Assembly: GCA_963790475.1 (NCBI GenBank)
Contig: CAWBOS010000012.1
Span: 1,312,001 to 1,376,000 of the forward strand
Reading direction: 5' to 3'
Origin: an uncultured delta proteobacterium
GTDB lineage: Bacteria; Desulfobacterota; RBG-13-43-22
Length of the DNA: 64,000 nucleotides
Part shown: positions 61,052 through 64,000 of the stretch, piece by piece
Layout of the letters: every line of letters starts with the position of its first letter
How positions within the stretch are numbered: position 1 is the first letter of the stretch
Made by a program: the position numbers and the translations under genes
Notes under the pieces: model-generated
Told to the model about the DNA's origin: nothing
The model's database searches: none
What the model saw: the letters and a program-made list of their open reading frames with translations, nothing else

Positions 61052-62014
61052 TTACCAAGCGGAAAAAGTCAATTTCGTCCCCGACATATTTAAAAGAAAC
61101 TGCTTAGGCATTTCTTTTTCCATATGCATGACGGCCTTGCGGCCGGTGCAGTGGGTGGGGACGACATAAGTCGGATTGAATTTTTTTAATTCCTCCGATG
61201 TCCGCCCAATAATGTGCTCGAAGGCCGGACCGGAAAGATGAAAACCGCCCATAACGGCATGGATTTGATTGATACCAGTGACATCGATGGCGTGGCGAAC
61301 CGTATTAACGATACCGGAGTGGGCGCAGCCGGAAAGAATGATCAGGCCTTTGTCCTTGAGATTCACGACCACTGAGGTGTCGTCTTCGATGGGGTCCCAC
61401 TTTTCCACGCCATTTTCCTCAAAATGGGCGGCGGCCATGCCTTTCTCGAAGTCCGTCTGCCGGGGGATTTCCCCTAAAAACAGCACCGCGTTTTCCAGAA
61501 GTGGAGCAGGGGCTTTACTTTCCACAACCTTAAAACCTGCTTGTTCAAGACCTTCCTTGGTCAACTTGGGAAAATAGATTTTCAATTGGTCACCGATTTT
61601 GATATATCGCGGTGTTTTAAAGGCGGCGGGGTGCAGGACCAGCGGGACTTCTTTCTTGGCGATCATGGTCCCGAATTTTGCAATACCGCCGGTATGGTCG
61701 CTGTGGCCATGAGAGAGGACCGCCGCCTCCACCTCTTTCATATCCACGCCAAGGGCCTTGGCATTGGCCGCCGCCCCCTCTTCTGAAAATCCGAAATCGA
61801 AAAGCAAAGTATGGGTCCGGTCATCCTTGGTTGTTTTTACAACGGCACAATAGCCGTGTTCGGCCAGAATGGAGGTCCGAATACTTCCCTCTTTTACCGC
61901 CGCCGCCCGGTGGATGATGTCGCTGTTGTCCCCAGCGGTTATTTCTATGTAATTATCCTGCAGGGTCAGGATTTCGCATTTGTCGACTGCAGTTAACGGA
62001 TATTGGGTCATCAT
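61052..62014 (-). CDS. MBL-fold metallohydrolase (COG1237 type)
   Basis: AEHG, LFDFG, SHGHSDH, GCAHSG, GGFH, HCTG. Confidence 0.9.
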   Translation of the reverse strand: MMTQYPLTAVDKCEILTLQDNYIEITAGDNSDIIHRAAAVKEGSIRTSILAEHGYCAVVKTTKDDRTHTLLFDFGFSEEGAAANAKALGVDMKEVEAAVLSHGHSDHTGGIAKFGTMIAKKEVPLVLHPAAFKTPRYIKIGDQLKIYFPKLTKEGLEQAGFKVVESKAPAPLLENAVLFLGEIPRQTDFEKGMAAAHFEENGVEKWDPIEDDTSVVVNLKDKGLIILSGCAHSGIVNTVRHAIDVTGINQIHAVMGGFHLSGPAFEHIIGRTSEELKKFNPTYVVPTHCTGRKAVMHMEKEMPKQFLLNMSGTKLTFSAW

Positions 62015-62484
62015 TCAAATTCCCCTTTCTTTACTTCTTCTTAGTCAAATGCCATGTTGGTCTTTCAGACTTCCCAAACCTTGCCGATCAGGTCTCGCAC
62101 AGCTGACCTTGATTTCTTCCGCCATAATCCGTATCCTCCTTTTTTTGAGCTTTGGGTTAAATGGTCAGGAATAATCTTCCTTTTGTCTTAAAAATGCCTT
62201 GAAATTTACAGTTTTGTTGTCGGTCCTTTTCCGACTGCCGAATTCTGGAGTTCACTCGGGGGCTTTTGAGGTCCAAATGACAAGTCCGGGCACTACCCGC
62301 TGTTGTAAAAAAACGGTCACCGCTATTACCCGTGGTCCAGAAACTATTTCCACTGGTAACGCAAAGTTGGCGAAAAAGTACCCACGATTTTTCCGATCAG
62401 GCGATAGATTTCCCGTCTCTCATCATAGTCCTTTTCTGATTAAAATTAATCCCCAACAAAATTGCCTTAGGTTGGATGCCTATT

Positions 62485-63591
62485 CTATAAGCTATCTCTT
62501 TTCGGAAGGGTCAACCGGAAGGTACTGCCTTTTCCAGGTGTGCTTTGGACTGAGATCGTTCCCCCATGGGCCGTCATGATCGCTCTGGCGATAGCCAAAC
62601 CAAGCCCTGACCCTTCTCCTTTTCTATCGAGGCGACAAAAGGCATCAAAAACGCAATGCAAATCTTTTTCATGAATTCCGATTCCGGTATCCGACACTTC
62701 AACCAGGATGTCTGTTTCTCTATTTTGAAGGTGGACGGTCACCCTTCCCCCCGGATTCGTGTATTTTATGGCGTTGTCCAATAAATTCGTGAGGACCCGG
62801 TCCATCAGAGCAGCATCGGCCGAGATAACCGGCAGGTTTCCCTGGGCATATTCAAAAACCAATTGGATATTTTTTTTGTCAGCAGCCACGCGCATTATTT
62901 CCATCTGTTTTTCAAGCGCTTCCTCGAGGTTATATGAATCCAGCACAGGGGAAAGGTCGCTTCTTTCAACCTTTGAGAAATCAAGAAAATCCGATACCAG
63001 ACGCTGCAATTTTCGGGTTTGTTCCATGATCATCCTTAGATAATCCTTTTGTTTTTCAGTCAAAGACCCCACCTTTTCGGAAAGCATTCGAAGTAAATAA
63101 CCCTCTCCGATCACGATGGGGTTTTTCATATCATGGGCAAACATGGATAAAAAATTTTCCCTTTCCCTTTCCGTCTTTTTGATTTCCGTGATGTCCCTGA
63201 AAAGCTCCACCCCTCCCATGAAATTGCCTGAATCGTCAAATAAGGGAAAAATGGTAAAGGACAGGGTAATCCATTCACCATCTTTTCGTTTAAGGACAGA
63301 TTCCGTGGCGATTGAAGCGGTTCGCTGCTCGAAGGCGTGGGTATATAGAGGACAGGATTTGGGGTCGGATGAACCGTGGATTATTCCGAGATGAGGCTTA
63401 CCGAGAATATCTTTTTTTAAAAAACCAGTGATCTTTTCGGCTGCGGGATTAAAATCCAAAATAAGACCATCCTGGCCAACCAAGGAAAAACCAATAGGCA
63501 GATTAGCGGCGATGGTTTCATAAATGGAGGAGGCCGACAAATGAGAGGCCTTGAGGAATAAAGGATGATTTTGATAATCTTTTGTTTTCAT
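62485..63591 (-). CDS. PAS histidine kinase
   Basis: AHDMKNP, NAIKY, GSGLGL. Confidence 0.92.
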   Translation of the reverse strand: MKTKDYQNHPLFLKASHLSASSIYETIAANLPIGFSLVGQDGLILDFNPAAEKITGFLKKDILGKPHLGIIHGSSDPKSCPLYTHAFEQRTASIATESVLKRKDGEWITLSFTIFPLFDDSGNFMGGVELFRDITEIKKTERERENFLSMFAHDMKNPIVIGEGYLLRMLSEKVGSLTEKQKDYLRMIMEQTRKLQRLVSDFLDFSKVERSDLSPVLDSYNLEEALEKQMEIMRVAADKKNIQLVFEYAQGNLPVISADAALMDRVLTNLLDNAIKYTNPGGRVTVHLQNRETDILVEVSDTGIGIHEKDLHCVFDAFCRLDRKGEGSGLGLAIARAIMTAHGGTISVQSTPGKGSTFRLTLPKRDSL

Positions 63592-63649
63592 AATATTATT
63601 TTCTAAGACCCTCCGGGTTTTAATGATGCCTGTTCAATCTTCTTTAATA

Positions 63650-64000
63650 TCATTCTTTAGAGGACGCATCGAAGGACTGTTTTTGCCTTCCTATCTCGGA
63701 TTCCTCGGCCGGGTGCGGGGCTGTAATCGGTTCGCTTTGGTTGTTTCTGAATTTTTCTATGATTTCACGTACCGTCAAACCTTCTTCGGCACGGTAAATG
63801 TCTACAAAATGGTCTTTCAACATGTAAAAGGCAATCTCTCCAATCTTGGGGGTAAAAACAATATCCAGCCGGTGCTTGACGACGGCATTAATGACCTTGA
63901 TCCCCACATGAATTCGTTCTTTTTCTTTAATAAACTCATTGTAATAGAAATCTTCGATCTCCAGGCTGTTGTTATCCAGCTTGAGAATAATGAAATAAGG
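63650..64000 (-). CDS. NifB/NifX-family domain, C-terminal part (5' truncated by window edge)
   Basis: Frame open to the edge: PYFIILK...VG...IVFTPKIGEIAFYML. Confidence 0.65.
   Translation of the reverse strand, partial: PYFIILKLDNNSLEIEDFYYNEFIKEKERIHVGIKVINAVVKHRLDIVFTPKIGEIAFYMLKDHFVDIYRAEEGLTVREIIEKFRNNQSEPITAPHPAEESEIGRQKQSFDASSKE

Noticed and set aside
62165-62425. Minus-strand ORF with early TGA read-through (MMRDGKSIA-TGA)
   Set aside because: No redox motif, SECIS-like hairpin or recognisable family.

Overview
64-kb chromosomal window from an anaerobic, LPS-producing bacterium; gene content points to Desulfobacterota (inference). 1-23 kb is mostly housekeeping: mfd (partial), two Hsp20, a MesB-type folate-independent methionine synthase, efp, ftsB, mrp, larE, the pyrG-kdsA-kdsC-lptCAB-rpoN-hpf-ptsN-rapZ operon, and an ECF sigma trio. 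24-51 kb is an electron-transfer and signalling hub: metF'-hdrA-mvhD-metV-metF, hdrC/hdrB, a tmcCB-like pair, nuoEFG-like genes with an HdrA-Fd-MvhD fusion, several PAS kinases and a sigma54 activator. 52-64 kb holds an uncharacterised FAD/CCG oxidoreductase operon that includes an unannotated DsrE-like selenoprotein (UxxC plus SECIS) and a DUF169-CoaE fusion. Two complete IS elements have identifiable TIRs and TSDs. The main unexplained signal is a dispersed family of degenerate 7-bp tandem arrays, often as inverted pairs abutting stop and start codons, in about 12 intergenic spacers. One pair brackets a four-helix-bundle (23S-IVP/Avd-like) gene between hdrC and hdrB, suggesting a cassette system with full and empty copies. 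Three single-base +1 frameshifts (kdsA, lptA, hdrA-like) are probably sequencing errors. All family calls come from motif recognition, not database searches.
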